Below, piece by piece: positions 13,571-27,567 of a DNA stretch of 64,000 nt. Origin of the DNA: Lama guanicoe (taxonomy: Eukaryota). The stretch is from the NCBI GenBank assembly GCA_013239625.1, contig MU054391.1, forward strand, positions 8,527,095 to 8,591,094. The letters run 5' to 3'. The notes beneath the pieces are model-generated. The model made no database searches. It was not told the origin of the DNA and was given only the letters and a program-made list of their open reading frames with translations. How positions within the stretch are numbered: position 1 is the stretch's first letter; every line of letters starts with the position of its first letter. A program made the position numbers and the translations under genes.

Positions 13571-14989
13571 CTACCTCAAATTAAGACAAAAAGACAAAAC
13601 AGATGAAATTTGCATGGTGTAAACTGGAACACAAGATAAATGTATTTATTTGGATACTACCTTATTTAAAAAGCCAGAACACTAAAAAGTAGAAACCATA
13701 CAGAAGAAAGAGGTGAGATTTTAAATATACCCTTCTATACAAACCATGGGGAGATTCAGTGAGATAATAATGAGCTGCATTATTTTTTATCCATGCTGTA
13801 ATCACTGTTTTTAGGTACTTTTTAAAACACAGAAGTTCAAGTCGCCATTAAGACTCTGAATATTTGACTCCTATATCTTAAATTGTAAAATTCTCAACTT
13901 AACTTCTCATTTTTTAATATTAAATACATTTTTGTTTAGCTATCAAGTCCTTTATGGGACTTGATTTTGAAAAGGTTTTTTTCCTGGAGTAAAAGGAGGA
14001 AACTAATGGCCCTCTGTAGGTTCTGTGTGGGAATCAATCACAGATCTACACAGAATGACTCGCTCAGCACAGGCCCATGTTTGTCCCTCAAGTCACTGAA
14101 ATGGACTCACTGCGGCACGCCCACTGCTGGAGCCAGGCCAACTCAACCATGGGTAGGTGTTTACCTAGAATGTTAGACTTGTGTCATGTTTATTTGATCA
14201 GGAAAGATGATTTTCTGCTTGGACTCCCTACGTGTCCCTTCATTATTTTTGTCATTTAACAAAACAGTATTTTCAAGTTCAGTCAAGCAGAGTGAATGCA
14301 TTATATTACAAAATACCTATTTTCAGCAACTGCACTACTCTGGCAAGATGGAAGGTTTTTTCCATATATATCACAATGTAATTTGAGTAGAGAGATAAGC
14401 ATTTATTTAAAAATATGGCTGAAGGTACTTTTTTTTTTCTGAGTCAAATATGAGAAATTTTGCTGAAACTTGCAGAAAATAAAGTGACAGTACCCTAAAG
14501 GAGCATGTGAGACCATTTGAAAGAGCAAATTGAGAGGGGGACCCTCCTTCAGTAAAGAGATGCTAAGCAATAGTGGAGAAAAGAAAACCTCTTGGGTGAA
14601 AGTGTCTAAAGATTAAATAAATATGCAGGTTAAATTACAAGAGGAACTAATTTCCCTTGTCTGAGACTTGAGATCAAGACCACTATCATGGCGTAACAGA
14701 TCATCCTAAGAGAAATCAGAAAACCAAGGTTCAATAATATCTTAATAACTTATATTTAAATATTTACCATAAAATTTATATCTATAATAGCTGCATCACC
14801 TTAAGTCCTACTCAGGGTCCACTACTAACTATCTGTGAAGTGGAGGAAGCCATTCAACCCTTGGGATAATATCTAGTCTTATGATGCCTTATATTAGTTG
14901 AAAATAAACTGAACTAAGTAAATTGGATGAATGTATTAGGAAAACAGGTAAGGATCATTTTTACATGCGATATCAAAAATATGAATTAT

Positions 14990-16950
14990 ATTTTTAAACT
15001 TATTATTTTGAAATAGTAAAATATATTTGGAAGAAGTTGCAAAATTTTTCATTGAAAGTATTTTGGATGAGGATTTCTTTTGTAGAAGTATTTTAGTTAT
15101 AAATTCAGTTTTATAATGGCTATAGGACTATTCAGATTATTCAATTTTTATTGAGTTTTGTTACCGTTAGTTCACAGTTTTTGAACAATTAGTCAATTTT
15201 TAAAAATTTGTTCAGTTTGTAAGTGTAGAGTTATTCATAGTATTCCCTTTCATCCTTTTATTTGCTAAGGATCTGAAGTAATATCCCCTTTTCTTTCTGA
15301 CATTGGTGATTGCACCTTCTGTCTTTTACACTGTCAATCTTGTGACCTATTCATCTTACTGGTTGTTATTTGTTTTCTCCAGTATTACTGATATCTGCCC
15401 TTACTATTTCCTTCCTTTTGTTTCTTTAGCCTCATTTTGTTCTTCTGTTTCTAGTTCTGTCAATCAGAAACTTAAGATCCCTGGTTTAGACCTTTTTTCT
15501 TTTCTAACGCCAACATGCAGTGCTACAACTTTCCCTCTCAGCCCTGCTTTAGCTGCTTCCACCATTTTTGATATATTGCATTCTCATTTTCATTCTCTTC
15601 TGGTTATTTTAATTTTTTCTTAGGGACTTCCTCTTTATCCCATTTTTCTTGATGTGTGTTTTTTTAATTTTCAAGTGTTTAGAGATTTACTTTTGCCTCT
15701 CTGCTATTTATTTTTAATTTTATTCCATTATGGGCAGAAAAGAGTCTCTGTACGTGTTCAGTTTTGTTTTTTTCTTTAATTTGTTGAGGTTTGGGTTCAG
15801 AATGTGGTCTCTCTTGGTGAATATTAACGGGTGCTCTGTTATTACTGTGTAACATGTCCTACAAATGTCAATTAGTTGATGTGTTGATCAGTTCTCCTGT
15901 ATCTTTGATAACTCCATGTTTAATTATTCTATCAGTTGCTGAGGGTAGGATGTTGAAGTCCCCAACTCTATTGTAGATTTCTCTATTTTATTTCTCAGTT
16001 CTACTAGTTTTTGCTTCATATATTTTGAAACTTTGTTGCTTTGTGCAATTTAGGATTGTTACTGTTCTTGATGGTTTGATACTTTTATCATTATGCAGTG
16101 TCTCTGTTTTCCCCTAGTAATGCTCTTTGCTTTGAAGTATACCTGTCAGACCTTAATACAGCCACTTTGCTTTTTTGTTAACGATTTCACGAAATATATG
16201 TGTTGTTTATCCTTTTTACTTCGGTATAGCTATGCTGTTCTTGCAGGCAACATACAATTAGGTTTGTTTGTGTTTCTTATCTTTATCCACTCTGCTAAGC
16301 TTTGTATTTTAATAAACTGCTTAATTCATTTACATTGAAAATAATTATTGATTTGTTAGGGCTTAAATCTTCCATTTTATTTGTTCTGTTTCCTCTGTTT
16401 TTTATTTCTGTGCTTCTCTTGTCTTCCTTTGTGTTACATGAATATCTTATGATTCCATTTTTATTTGTTTGTAGTGCTTTTCAGTGTCAGTTTGCCTAGT
16501 TTCTATGGTGGTTGCCTTTGGTGTATAGTTATGTGCATAGTTTACCAGTCTACTAGTATCAATGCCTCACTACTGTGAGAGAATGGTTAAAAAAAGCCTT
16601 ACTTCCATTTATGTCTCTTGCCAATTTTTAAGCATCACTGTCAAATATTTTCTCTGTGTACACATTACATCATATTATATACTAGCTTTTGCTTCAAAAA
16701 TCAAATATAATTAAATTCATGAGAAGAATATTCTATTTTCCACTATTTTTAGGCCACTCTGTTCTTCTTCCCTTTCAAAAGTTACAAGCCTTCTTTCTAA
16801 ATAAGGTTTTTTCCCTCTGTGAAGTACTTCTACTAACCCCTCTTCAAGTGCTGTTTGTTGTTTGCCTCGGGGCAAATACTTTTAGTTTTCCTTTGTCAGA
16901 GGTTTCTTTATTCCTCCTTATTTCTGAAGGATAGCTTCACCAGTTGTAGT
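14990..16950 (-). mobile_element. Old L1 (ORF2 endonuclease region through inter-ORF spacer)
   Basis: T-rich antisense L1 text (gatgttgaagtccccaact; aaactttccctctcagccctgctttagctgcttccacc; ctgaaggatagcttcacc). Confidence 0.85.
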
Positions 16951-16956
16951 AGGAAA

Positions 16957-17945
16957 TCAAGATGAGTATGGAGATAACCTTTTAGATACGACACCAAAGC
17001 ATCTCAGGGAAGAAATAATTAAAAAGCTGGACTTCATTAAAATTAAAACCTCCTACTCTGTGAAAGACACTGTAAAGGGAATGAGAAGACAAGCCACAGA
17101 CTGGGAGGAAATATTTGCAAAAGACATATTTGACACAGAACTGTTAATCAAAATATATAAAGAACTCCTAAAACTCAATTTTAAGGATACAAACAAACTG
17201 ATTGAAAAATAGGCCAAAGACCTGAACAGAAACCTCACTGAAGAAGGTACAGAATGACAAGTAAGTATACACAAAAGATGCACAATGTCATATTTCATTA
17301 AGGAAATGCAGATTTATAAAAACCAAAGACATACTGTTATACACCTCCTAGAATGGTCAAAATTTTAAAAATACTGACAACAGCAAATGCTGAAAAGCAT
17401 GTGAAGGGACAGGAACTCTCAATCACTGCTGGCAGAAATGGAAAATGGTACAGCTTTGTCTTTGGAAGACAGTGTGGCGGTTTCCTACAATACTAAAAAT
17501 GCTCTTACCACACAATCCAAAAACCATGCTCCTTGGTATTTACCCAAATAAGTTGATAACTTATGTCCATCCAAAACTTGTACGCAGATATTTATAGCAG
17601 TCTGATTCAGTGGATGGATGGATAAACAATTTGTTCTACATGCAGACAATAGAATATTATTTAGTACTAACAAGCAATGAATTATCAAGCCTGAAAAGAC
17701 ATGGAAGAACATTAAGTGCATATTACTAAACTCATAGAAAGCACAATAAAGTGAACCCTAATCTACATTATAGACTGCGTGATAATGATGTGCCAACGTA
17801 GGTTCATCTAATGTAACAAAAATACGATTCTCATTTAAATATTGATAGTTGGAGAGGCTCTGCACGTTTGCGGGCAGCTTTATATGGGAATTCTCTGCAC
17901 TTTTCACTCAATTTTGCTGTGAACCTAAAAGCGCTCTAAAAATTC
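16957..17945 (+). mobile_element. L1MC1-like ORF2 end plus 3' UTR
   Basis: aagctggacttcattaaaattaaaa…agacaagccacagactggg…; 3' end …ttttgctgtgaacctaaaagcgctctaaa. Same type as 1177-3012. Confidence 0.9.
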
Positions 17946-18889
17946 AAGTACAGATAGATAGATTCATAGACAGAGTTCTTTAATACCTCCTCTATCATTT
18001 ACTTTTAGTCTATTGAAGGTTGTAAAAAGACCCAAAGATTAGGGAAACATTTTTGAAAAATTTATTGCTGAGATGTGAGTCCCACTGTTGACTCATGCAA
18101 GGCAGATGCAATCCAGGGAAAGTAGCTCTGATGGACCACTTTGAGGGCTTGGCCTGTCTACCCTTGGAACTTGGAAGGCAATAAACAATGATGCCTATTT
18201 CACAATTCTGAGAGGTAAAGAAGAGAAGTTTGTGGCAATCAGGATACTCTCCTGTTAGAGCAAATGAGAAGTAGCTGCATTAAGAATTCTCTGCCTCACC
18301 TCACTTCTCGTATCTACTTTTAAGCCAGGAGGTATCAGACACCACAGGTATTCAGCTGGGATAAAACACACACCAGGTGGGGAAAGATGGAGAAGTCAAC
18401 GATACCCCTGCTCACAGTGTGGTTAATGAACTGAGTACAGACCCAAGATAGGAATCAGACGACTAATTCACTGCACTGCTTACTTTATTTAACAAGACTG
18501 CTTTGTAACTAGGAGTTACCAAGGATATTTGTTACCTGAACATAGCCCAAAACAGCCCTGTAGCTTCCCTTAGATTTCACACTAAGCTCTTGGGGGAAAA
18601 GAACCTTTTGAGTAAGTATGCAGGGAGAAAAAAGAAAAGTAACTAAATATAGTGTTCACTCTAACACCCATGTGTCTTTCTTTCTTAATCTTAGAGTTAT
18701 AACTCTTACATTTAAAATAGTAAAATAATAATGACTAAGTAATAGCAAGCAATTTAGTAAAACAAAAATTTGGTAATCCACTTACTGATGACATTTTAAA
18801 GTAATACAATTCTTCTGGAAAGCAAGTTTACAAACATCTCAAGAATAATAAAAGTATCCTAGCATTGGGCACAAGTTTATATTAAAGAT

Positions 18890-18925
18890 GTAATAATAAT
18901 AACAATAATAATAATAATAATAATA
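18890..18925. repeat. (AAT)n microsatellite
   Basis: Directly visible. Confidence 0.9.
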
Positions 18926-19059
18926 TTTAAAAATCAGAAACAGCATATTAATTATATTATTTTTCCATAGAAACCTCTATTTTTCCTCCAGATGACTTTA
19001 TTTCATAAAATAATAGCATTTGAGTTTATTGAATATTTTCTTTGAGAAAGAAGGGGAAG

Positions 19060-19275
19060 AACTAACAATTAACTGAAAACTAATTTTTAAGCACTTTCAC
19101 CCATGTTATTTCTTACAATTCTTAACAGTTACCCTTGACAGACTTTTTAAAGATCTTGGCATCTGTTTTTATAGATGACATTCTGGGAAAATTGATAATT
19201 GACTTTATAAACACAAAGCTAGTAAGTGGCACAAACAGAATCTGATTTCCAAAGTGTTATTCTGAAGTTCATGTG
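19060..19275 (-). mobile_element. MIR SINE
   Basis: aagcactttcacc…ttttatagatgac…acaaagctagtaagtggca…. Confidence 0.6.
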
Positions 19276-19806
19276 CATCAGTATTCCGAGTATTCCATTA
19301 CACTTCTAGGAACAAATATCACTCTACTATTAAAAGGGATATAGATAGCTGTTTCTTTTCCTCAGCATGTTTAAAATCTTGAAAGTTAAAACTAAAACTC
19401 AGCAATACGTACTTCACGGTTGGGCAAAAGGAGATAGGTGCTCAGTCACAAATTAACTTAGTACAATAAATTATCTGTATCCAAAAAATGGCAATACTAG
19501 AGAAAAAGAGTTAATGTGGTTGTGGAAGGAAAGAATGAAGACAGAGAAAGGAAGAAGTGATATGTTTCAAGGAGTGGGAAAATTTAGTTGTGTTTCCAAA
19601 AGTCAGTGTTTAGGATGGCCAGCTCTTCCAGTCACGTCACAGAAATCTTAGCAACAGCAAACTTTTCATGACTCATCTGACATAATAACAAACATGAACA
19701 GTGAAGTCAGGTTAACCAGCAAACAACCCTGATTTCAGTTATGCCCATTCATCAGAGATTGAAAGAGAAGGTGGATTGGTCAGATCCCCAGTCGCACAGG
19801 TTTTGC

Positions 19807-19842
19807 ATTGTATTGTATTGTATTGTATTGTATTGTATTGTA
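19807..19842. repeat. (ATTGT)n pentanucleotide repeat
   Basis: About 7 perfect copies. Confidence 0.95.
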
Positions 19843-21049
19843 ACATCCCTTTTTAGCATATCTGTCAATATCTGCAGAGTAGACATTTCCTTCTAAGGTT
19901 GTTTTTCTAGTAAGCACTGGTTTCAGTTTAATAGGAGAAAAAATGTTGTGTTCTCCAAAATTGTTGAAAATAAATTTAAACAGAAGAAAAAAAAAAAAAA
20001 AACAAAGCCTGATATTGCAAACATCAATAATATGTTCTCAACTGCCTGTTTTTTTTATTTATTCATGGATGAAATGCTAGGAGGAAGTGAAGTCATTTTA
20101 GCAGTGTGATTAAAGATTTATATTCATCACTTAAAGACATCATACCAGTTGGCAGCCAGATCAGTAAACCTTGTCCAATTCTTAACAGCAGGTAGACAAG
20201 TCTTTGGAAAGGGAGAAAAATTATACTGTCGGATGAATCCAATAAATTGAAGTGTGGAAAGAATTAGGACTCTGTGGGTCTACTCAAAAGCTCATTCAAG
20301 TTTTTTTAATCTTCCTAAGACTTCTATGTTCCTAATGTTATGAAAATGTAGTTCCAGTCTATAGAGATATTGTATAAAACTTCAACACTAGGGCAGGGTT
20401 TCTTGTTTTGTTTTTTTGTTTATTTGTTTGTTTGGGGGGCCTCCAAACTATTTTAGAAAATTTATGTGAATTATTTCAGGCATGGCATGTTTGCTGGTGT
20501 TGGCTATAGCTCATACAATTGACTAGTTTTTACACCTAATTTCCTTGATCACTTTGCAAATCCTTCACTATGAGAAGTAGAAAAGAGACAATTATAAGGG
20601 AAAAAAATAACAGAAAGCCCTGGGATGTCATCTGAATGCTGCAACACAGAAACAGACATCGCTTTTCAAAAATTAAAGCTGAAACTATTCATAGATTACT
20701 TGATGATTTCTGAAAATTGAGAAACATATCAGTACTTTCTATACAAAACTATACAAAGTAACTGCTTTCAATTATTCCTGCAAAATACGCTTGGAGGCTT
20801 GTGGGACTCACACTGATTAGATAGCATTCAAAGAAGCCTTTAAAAAAGAGATTGGGATGTATTCAGGACCTTATTAATTTAACGCTATCAATGTATGATT
20901 TTGAGATTTGTGCCAGGAACAAAATGGGTCTAAGGTTATTTATCTACATTGTAAAACTTTCCTTACACAGCGGTATACCACCCCTTATATATGAAATTTT
21001 GCTGATAAACGTGGCATTCTCTTCTAAGATAAAAATAGCATCTCTATTA

Positions 21050-22625
21050 CCCTATACTGATATTCAGTCCTCATCTGCTTTATTCTCAGCAGCATTAAAC
21101 ATTTGTCAACTCTCCTTTCTGGAAACACTTTCTTTCATCTCTTAATGTACGCAATCTCATTCTCTAATGGTGTTTATTACTATTGTCTGTTTTTCCCTTT
21201 ACCTCTCAGGCCAATACTGCTTCGTCCTCTTTTCTGACCCTCTTCCTCTATCTGGATTAAATTCAGTCCAGAACCCTGTTCTGTCCTCTGTCCTATATGC
21301 TCCTTAAGAGACATTCACACTCCTCTTTTTAAGGGCCATCTGTGCATGTATCAGTCCTACAGTTATATCTTCAGCCTCCCTTTTGAATGATGCTCCTCCT
21401 ATGTGCCCAAGTTTTTCACTTTCATTTCTCCTTGGTGTCTCAGTAGCATGCCAAGCTTAACAAGTTCATAATGCTTTATTGATCTGCTGCCATCCTCAAA
21501 TCTATTTCCCCTCTGCTGATGCTCATGCCATATGTATTTATTTCTGTCTTTAGTATTGCTGTCTGAGTTGAAGCCACTGTTACCTCCTACCATCCTAATG
21601 TATTTGCGAAAGCTTACTAATTTGCTTTCTTTTTCTTCTCTTGCCTTTTCATATTTTACAAAAATTTATCAGGGGGATGCATACACTTTTTTAGTGATTT
21701 TCCTTTGCTCTGAAGACAAATACAAGTCCTTTAATACAGCAATACAGCTGTTTTTGGGTTGGATTGTGTCCTCTTCCCCTACAAAATATATTAAGTCCTA
21801 ACCCCTTGTATCTCAAAATGTAAATGTATTTGGAAATAGTTAAGTTGAGATCATGCTGGAGTAGGGCAGGCCCCTAAACCATTATGACTGGTGCCTTCAG
21901 GAGTGTTGCCCATGTGAAGAGACAGAATCACCCAGGAAGAACACGCTCCATAGACAGGGGCAGAAACTGGAGATGCATCTACAAACCAAACACCACCAAG
22001 TACTGCCAGCCAGCACCAGCAGCTAGGAGAGGGTCATGCATCTGTATTACCCTCTCCTGATACTCAATCCTCATCTACTTAATCCCCTCAGAAGAATTCT
22101 ATCCTACAAATGCCTTGATTTCAGACGTTCAGTCTCCAAAACTGTGAAGGAATACATTGCTGTTGTGACACTCTGTTACAGCAGCCCCAGGTATCTAATG
22201 CAATGGCTTAAGGGTCTTAGTAATTTGCAGCTCCACTCCCCTTTCAAATCTTATCTTGCGTTACTCTTCCTCTTTCTTCTGTTCCAGCTACCCTGACTTT
22301 ATTTAAGGTCACTTCTCGCCTTGGGGCATTTATCTAGGCTGCCCTTTCCTATCCCACATGCTCTCTTCTCATTCCTGGAGTCATGCGGATGTCCCCTTAA
22401 ATGTCGCCTCTTCAGAAAGGCCTAGGATTCCCTGTGAACTCCGTTTTGATAAAGTGACTCATTTTGTAACTGAATGTTTATTTTTTTTTCTTCAACTGAA
22501 TGTCTTTCTCCCTTAACATATTTGTTTGATCAGTAAAGAAACTTTGTCTTGTCACCCTGTAGAACCAGCACGTAGCCTGGTGCCTGGGAAATAGACCTTG
22601 CTCAAATGAGAAATAGATGGAAATA
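21050..22625 (+). mobile_element. L2 element, interrupted by an MLT1 LTR
   Basis: ctcagcagcattaaacatttg…ctcctttctggaaacactttc… through the L2 3' end gcctggtgcctgggaaatagaccttgctcaaatg. Confidence 0.75.
21749..22202 (+). mobile_element. MaLR solo LTR (MLT1C-like)
   Basis: TG…CA termini; tgggttggattgtgtcc…atttggaaatag…ccagcagctaggagag…ttacagcagccccag. Flanked by 5-bp ACAGC / ATGGC. Confidence 0.9.
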
Positions 22626-23619
22626 AGTTAAGACGTTTAAAAATAGATTTGGAAAAGTGAGTGGGAAGCCAGCTGCAGAAGGCAACGTTATGTTGAATAC
22701 TTTTGAATGAACAATGATTGTCGCTCCCCAATACCTGCTCTATATTTACAGTCAAGTCTTCCTGAAGTGAGTATAGATGTAGAAAAATTAGTAGTTTACA
22801 AAGTGCCCATTGCCTTTGACCTCTGAATAATAACCATCGGAGCTTAGTGTCACTGACCACACCTGTGCCCTCTCCCCAGCTACAACTGTGTGTACCTGAT
22901 GGCCCTGATCTATGCTCACCTGCCACAACATCACATCCATTGTGTTTTTAAAACTAAGGATCTAACTTGAGAACTGAAATCCTTTAAAGTCAAATTACTT
23001 AAGCACAATCTCTGCCACTAATAACTTTTGACCTTAAAATAACCTTAAAACCCCAAGGCCACAGTGTTCACACTGGTAACACAGCGATGGTAAAAGCTGA
23101 CCTCCCTTCTCCCAGCATGGCTGTGAGTATCCGTCAGTAGTTGAGACGGTAGACTTGTTCCAAGTATTCAGTTTTGCACACATCAAATAGATTTGGTATC
23201 AAAGAAATCTTAAGGTTTAAACAGTAAAAAAATGTGGCTAACCAGTAAAAGCTAATATTTGATCTAGTGTGATACAGTCAGTCAGTACACTGTACTGCCA
23301 TGAATTTTCTGCTCTGCAAAAATTTCTCAGATACTCTCACATATACATTCAGCCTGTTATTTTTAGTTGACTATTTAGTGATACTTAATGTCACAAAAGC
23401 TATCTCCTTTCCACATAAAAGGAAGCTTGCAAGCTCCATAAAACAGCATATAATCTGAGAAATAAAGTATTTACAGATTCGGCCATAGACATGGTCTTTC
23501 TCAGAAAGTTCTGGAATGCTACACTCTGCCTGCAACCACTCAACCCTTACTACTCTCTCTGTCACTACTGCCACACTTTGGGGAAACAAACAAACAAACA
23601 AAAATCAGTAACATAGATT

Positions 23620-23835
23620 CTGTAACCCTGCGCATTTCAAACCTGGTGTGACTTACAATTAATTCAGCTCAGTTTAAGGAAAACTGATGATGCTATTAAG
23701 TGATAAGCCATCGGCTATTTCGCACAAATCTATCTCAAAAGGTTATTTCAATGATTTTTCTGAGGACCAAATGAAATCACGTATGTAAAGTACAATCCTT
23801 CTTCACAGAGAGCACCGAATACGTGGTAGACCATT
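23620..23835 (+). mobile_element. MIR SINE
   Basis: ctgaggaccaaatgaaatcacgtatgtaaagtac… MIR 3' core. Confidence 0.5.
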
Positions 23836-24059
23836 TATTCTTCTCAGACTCGCAGCACATACTCCTGAGCTAAACAGCTGTTTGTTTGATGCAGAGAAAG
23901 TTCTTAGGAGAGAGATGGCATTTCTTTCTAGAGTACCAATTTCTCCTGATGATGGGCAATATAAAATATTAACTATGTATTAAAATAGATACATTATGGG
24001 CAATAGTAAAAAAACATTATATTTTAAGCAGAATGAATTATAGATCTTTAGTGATAGCT

Positions 24060-24305
24060 GGGTAGTCCACAGAGAAAAGACATCTTGAAATCAAAGACCT
24101 CAATTCATTCTATAATAGGCATATAACTATGGCAAGATTTCTTATATATATATATATATAACACACACACACACTCACACACATATATATGTGCGTGATC
24201 GATACTAATAGCAGTCTTAAAAGAATGTAGTGACTTAGGGTATTAAAAAAGCCTAGAATTACACGTGTCACAGAGTAGGCGCTTAAGAACAGTAGACATT
24301 ATTCC
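24060..24305 (+). mobile_element. MIR SINE containing a (TA)n(CA)n microsatellite
   Basis: tgaaatcaaagacct…; tcacagagtaggcgcttaagaa. Microsatellite at 24143-24195. Confidence 0.55.
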
Positions 24306-26194
24306 TCTTAAACTTCCTCTCGGAATGAGATTCTATTTATTTATAAGATTAAAAAAATAATAAAATACAATTGTAAGTTTTTCTAATTGCTTACTCCTGG
24401 GATATATTTCCTTCACCTTTGAATAGCTTTTAAAATAAAAACTTCCTGTCTCTCCATTTGTTTTAATTAATACACAGGGAGTCAGACAGGAGGTTATGCT
24501 ATAGGGCCCCTTTTCCTGTGTGGTGTGGAGAAACAAAAAGGCAGAGGTTTTAAGAATTGTTTAATAATAAAGGTAAAATATGAATACTCTGCTTCCTAAA
24601 GCTGATTTAATTTTTCTTTTCATGTGCCTGAAACTAGGCCAAGATTTAAATTGAACTCCTGAATTTGATTTTGTTTGAAGGATTTGATATTTGCCATCAT
24701 AGCTTCATTTATTAAAGGTTCAGGGCCTATTCATCAAATTAATGCTTCTGGCACCATATGTGTTTGAAGATTTGAAGAGGAATTCATTTGGAAATACCTC
24801 CAATCTCTCCGAGTATTCCTGTCCTAAGCATCACCAGGAAGAGCTGCGTGGCCATCCTATGAAGAGTATAAATCCAAGTGAACAGATCCCCTTGGAATCC
24901 ATATATTCTTTCCATTTCAGCCAGCTGGCTATGTAGGAAGAACATCAGCCTTGAGACAAAAGACTCCGGATGGATGGTCATGTGTTTTTGACCTCTCACT
25001 CCCAGAAGTTAAATAACCCGTGAAATAAGTAAAAAGGTCTACTCTTTCCTAAGGGATTGTCACTGTTAAACAACACAATGTATTTCACAGGTTCCAAAAT
25101 GCAATAAAAGAGAAAGCCATTCAGTACACAAATATTTGTTGCAATCTCCCATGGGGAGACCCTGGGGGAGATGCATGAGGCAGACACAGTTTGCGGCTTC
25201 ATCCAATTTGTGGTCTAGTTAGTAGGTAACAATCGATGAAAACTTGGGCTACGTGTTAGAAAATGACGTATCCAGAAGAGTGTAGTGACCAGACAAGTTA
25301 TGATATTGTAATGCCACATTTAACATGTAAAACTTGATTGTTTTTACAAGCTGATTTTATATTTTTACAAGTTGCTTTTAATTATGTAAAACAAAACACA
25401 CCAAATAAGCATTGAAAAAGTAGGGAACATAATAAAGCCAAAATACTAATACCTAATGTCTTTAGAAGAGTATATAGAATTTTTTTTCCTGTCTTCTTCA
25501 CGTTTCTTTCTTAACAGTGTAATAATAACCCTCTCCTCCTTGCCAACACTTCCTTAGGCTTACCTCTTAGGAGACGCACAGATAAAGAACCCACTGAGTA
25601 CAGAGGAGGTACGCAGAGTTTCTAGTTTGAAAGAACCAAGGCAGGTTTAATGGAATTTTGGGGAGTTTGAACGGAGGGTGGGATTTGCAGATAAACAGAT
25701 GTTGGCGGTTTGAGCATCTCTCTACAGAGACTGACAGTGCAGCTTTTTATGACGCCCCAAATCACAGTTCTGTAAAAACTTGCCAAGGAAACCTGCCCAA
25801 GGACTCAGATTCCAAACTTGGAAAAGAAGGAATTCTTTCCTACATGTCTTTGTTTTTTTCTCTTTAATCATGTATTATTGTAAGACTTCAGGAATGATCC
25901 CTTAACTTGTCTCTGCTGTTTCATTCTTACCTCTAATCTGATATAGAGCAACAATATACAACTTGAGGGGAGAGGCAAAATATAATTTTTTTCAAGAATA
26001 GACATTGAATACATTTTCCAGAACACTGTAGGTTCTCTTTAGAAAATAAATGTACTTACCGATTTTTAATGATATATATTCATTATAGAACATTGGGAAA
26101 CTACAGGAGTTTTAAGAAATTACCCATTATTATATTAATTATAGTTTGAAATACATTTTCTTCTTCACCCCAACTCTATCTGTTACATAATATT

Positions 26195-26290
26195 GTTCAG
26201 TTTATTTTATAGATGAGAAAACTGAGCCACAGAATGATTAAGCTAAGGCTCCTCTAGGGTGATGCTGGAGCTGAAACTCGCTGAGTAGTA
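26195..26290 (-). mobile_element. MIR SINE fragment
   Basis: attttatagatgagaaaactgagccacaga core. Confidence 0.6.
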
Positions 26291-27384
26291 AAGTAGAAAT
26301 ATGCAACATATGGTCACATCCTCCACAGAGCATTTGACAGCCCAGTAAGTGTGTAGTAAGGGTTTGGTAAACAGACACCAATCCTTCTTCATGGCACTAT
26401 GATTGTGACTCCACAGAGTAGAAAAGAGCTTTCAGTCAACCAGGATTGGATTCAATCAGTTTTCTGAGTTTTCAAGATTCCCACTTTAAGACCAAGTTTC
26501 AGCTCTGTCACCCTAACATGGCATAATGACACCAATGTAAAGCAGAGGTGTGAGGGGTCCATAGCACATCTGTAAATCCACAGCAGCAGCATCCACACAT
26601 CAAACTCAGTCCATGGCAGACTTCAATCCTGGCATGCCGACCAGTCAAGGAGGATTTTATTCCTTTTCTCATTGACTTGTTGATGCTGAATCTCCAGGGA
26701 GCTACTCTATCAAATCTACCCAAAATAGCTCATATTTTATTAGCAAGTAAAGTATGACATTGTCATGCAAGAATCCACCTGAACTTATGTGAGTGCATGT
26801 CGAATTCTCTTGCAGGCAGATCAATAATTAATATTTGAATAATATTTTGTAGTTTACAAAGAATCAGTTAAGACTGGCAATTGATAACAGCTAATAAGCC
26901 ACTACTCACAGAGGAAGCTTCAGACCTTGGATTACTGCACTCAGCATCGTTTAATGACTCTGGGCAAAGTCTGAAGGCATTATATCAACATTCATGAAAT
27001 TATTCTACAGAAAAATATGCTTTTAATTCCTGGAGTTAGGTTGAGTGAAAGTGACTAAAAGTGATAATTATTACCAATTCTTTACCAGATGGAATATTGC
27101 CAAACTGCTTTTTTGAGCATTAAGAAGCCAGGGACATAATAAGAATAAAATGAGTTCAGATACAGGTAGAATGCACACATGATCTGTGGTACAGATAGGA
27201 TGAATAGCTGTCTGTCGTCTGTCTGTCTGTCTATCATCTTTGTATCAACTATCTGTCCATATTCATTTTCCATTCACAAAACATCAGCGAGGGTGAGACT
27301 TTCACTTTGCAATATTATGTTGCAAATTAACTCCTTGCTTCTTTTTTAATGGATACCTTTTCTCTTCCCAACCATTTGTCTGAA

Positions 27385-27567
27385 ATAGTGGTTTGCAAAC
27401 TTTAATGTGTCTCATGATCCTCTGGGGAGCTTGCTAAAGCACAGATTGCTGAGGTCAACATAACTTGCAGATTCTGTAGGTCTCGGGTGGGGCCTGAGAA
27501 TTTGCATTTCTAACTAATTTCCAAATAACCCCACTGCCACTCCTGGGAACACACTCTGAGAACTAGC
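27385..27567. mobile_element. MER5A (hAT-Charlie MITE)
   Basis: gtggtttgcaaacttt…acagattgctg…ggtggggcctgagaatttgcatttctaac…acactctgagaac. Confidence 0.9.

Noticed and set aside
14990..17945. Twin-priming 5' inversion of a single L1
   Set aside because: The inverted piece (endonuclease/spacer) and the forward piece (ORF2 end) are far apart in L1 coordinates, and I found no TSD. Two separate insertions are simpler.
26054..26062. Perfect minus-strand donor TCG|GTAAGT
   Set aside because: It sits in an AT-rich L1-like remnant with no convincing upstream acceptor, and such matches are expected by chance.
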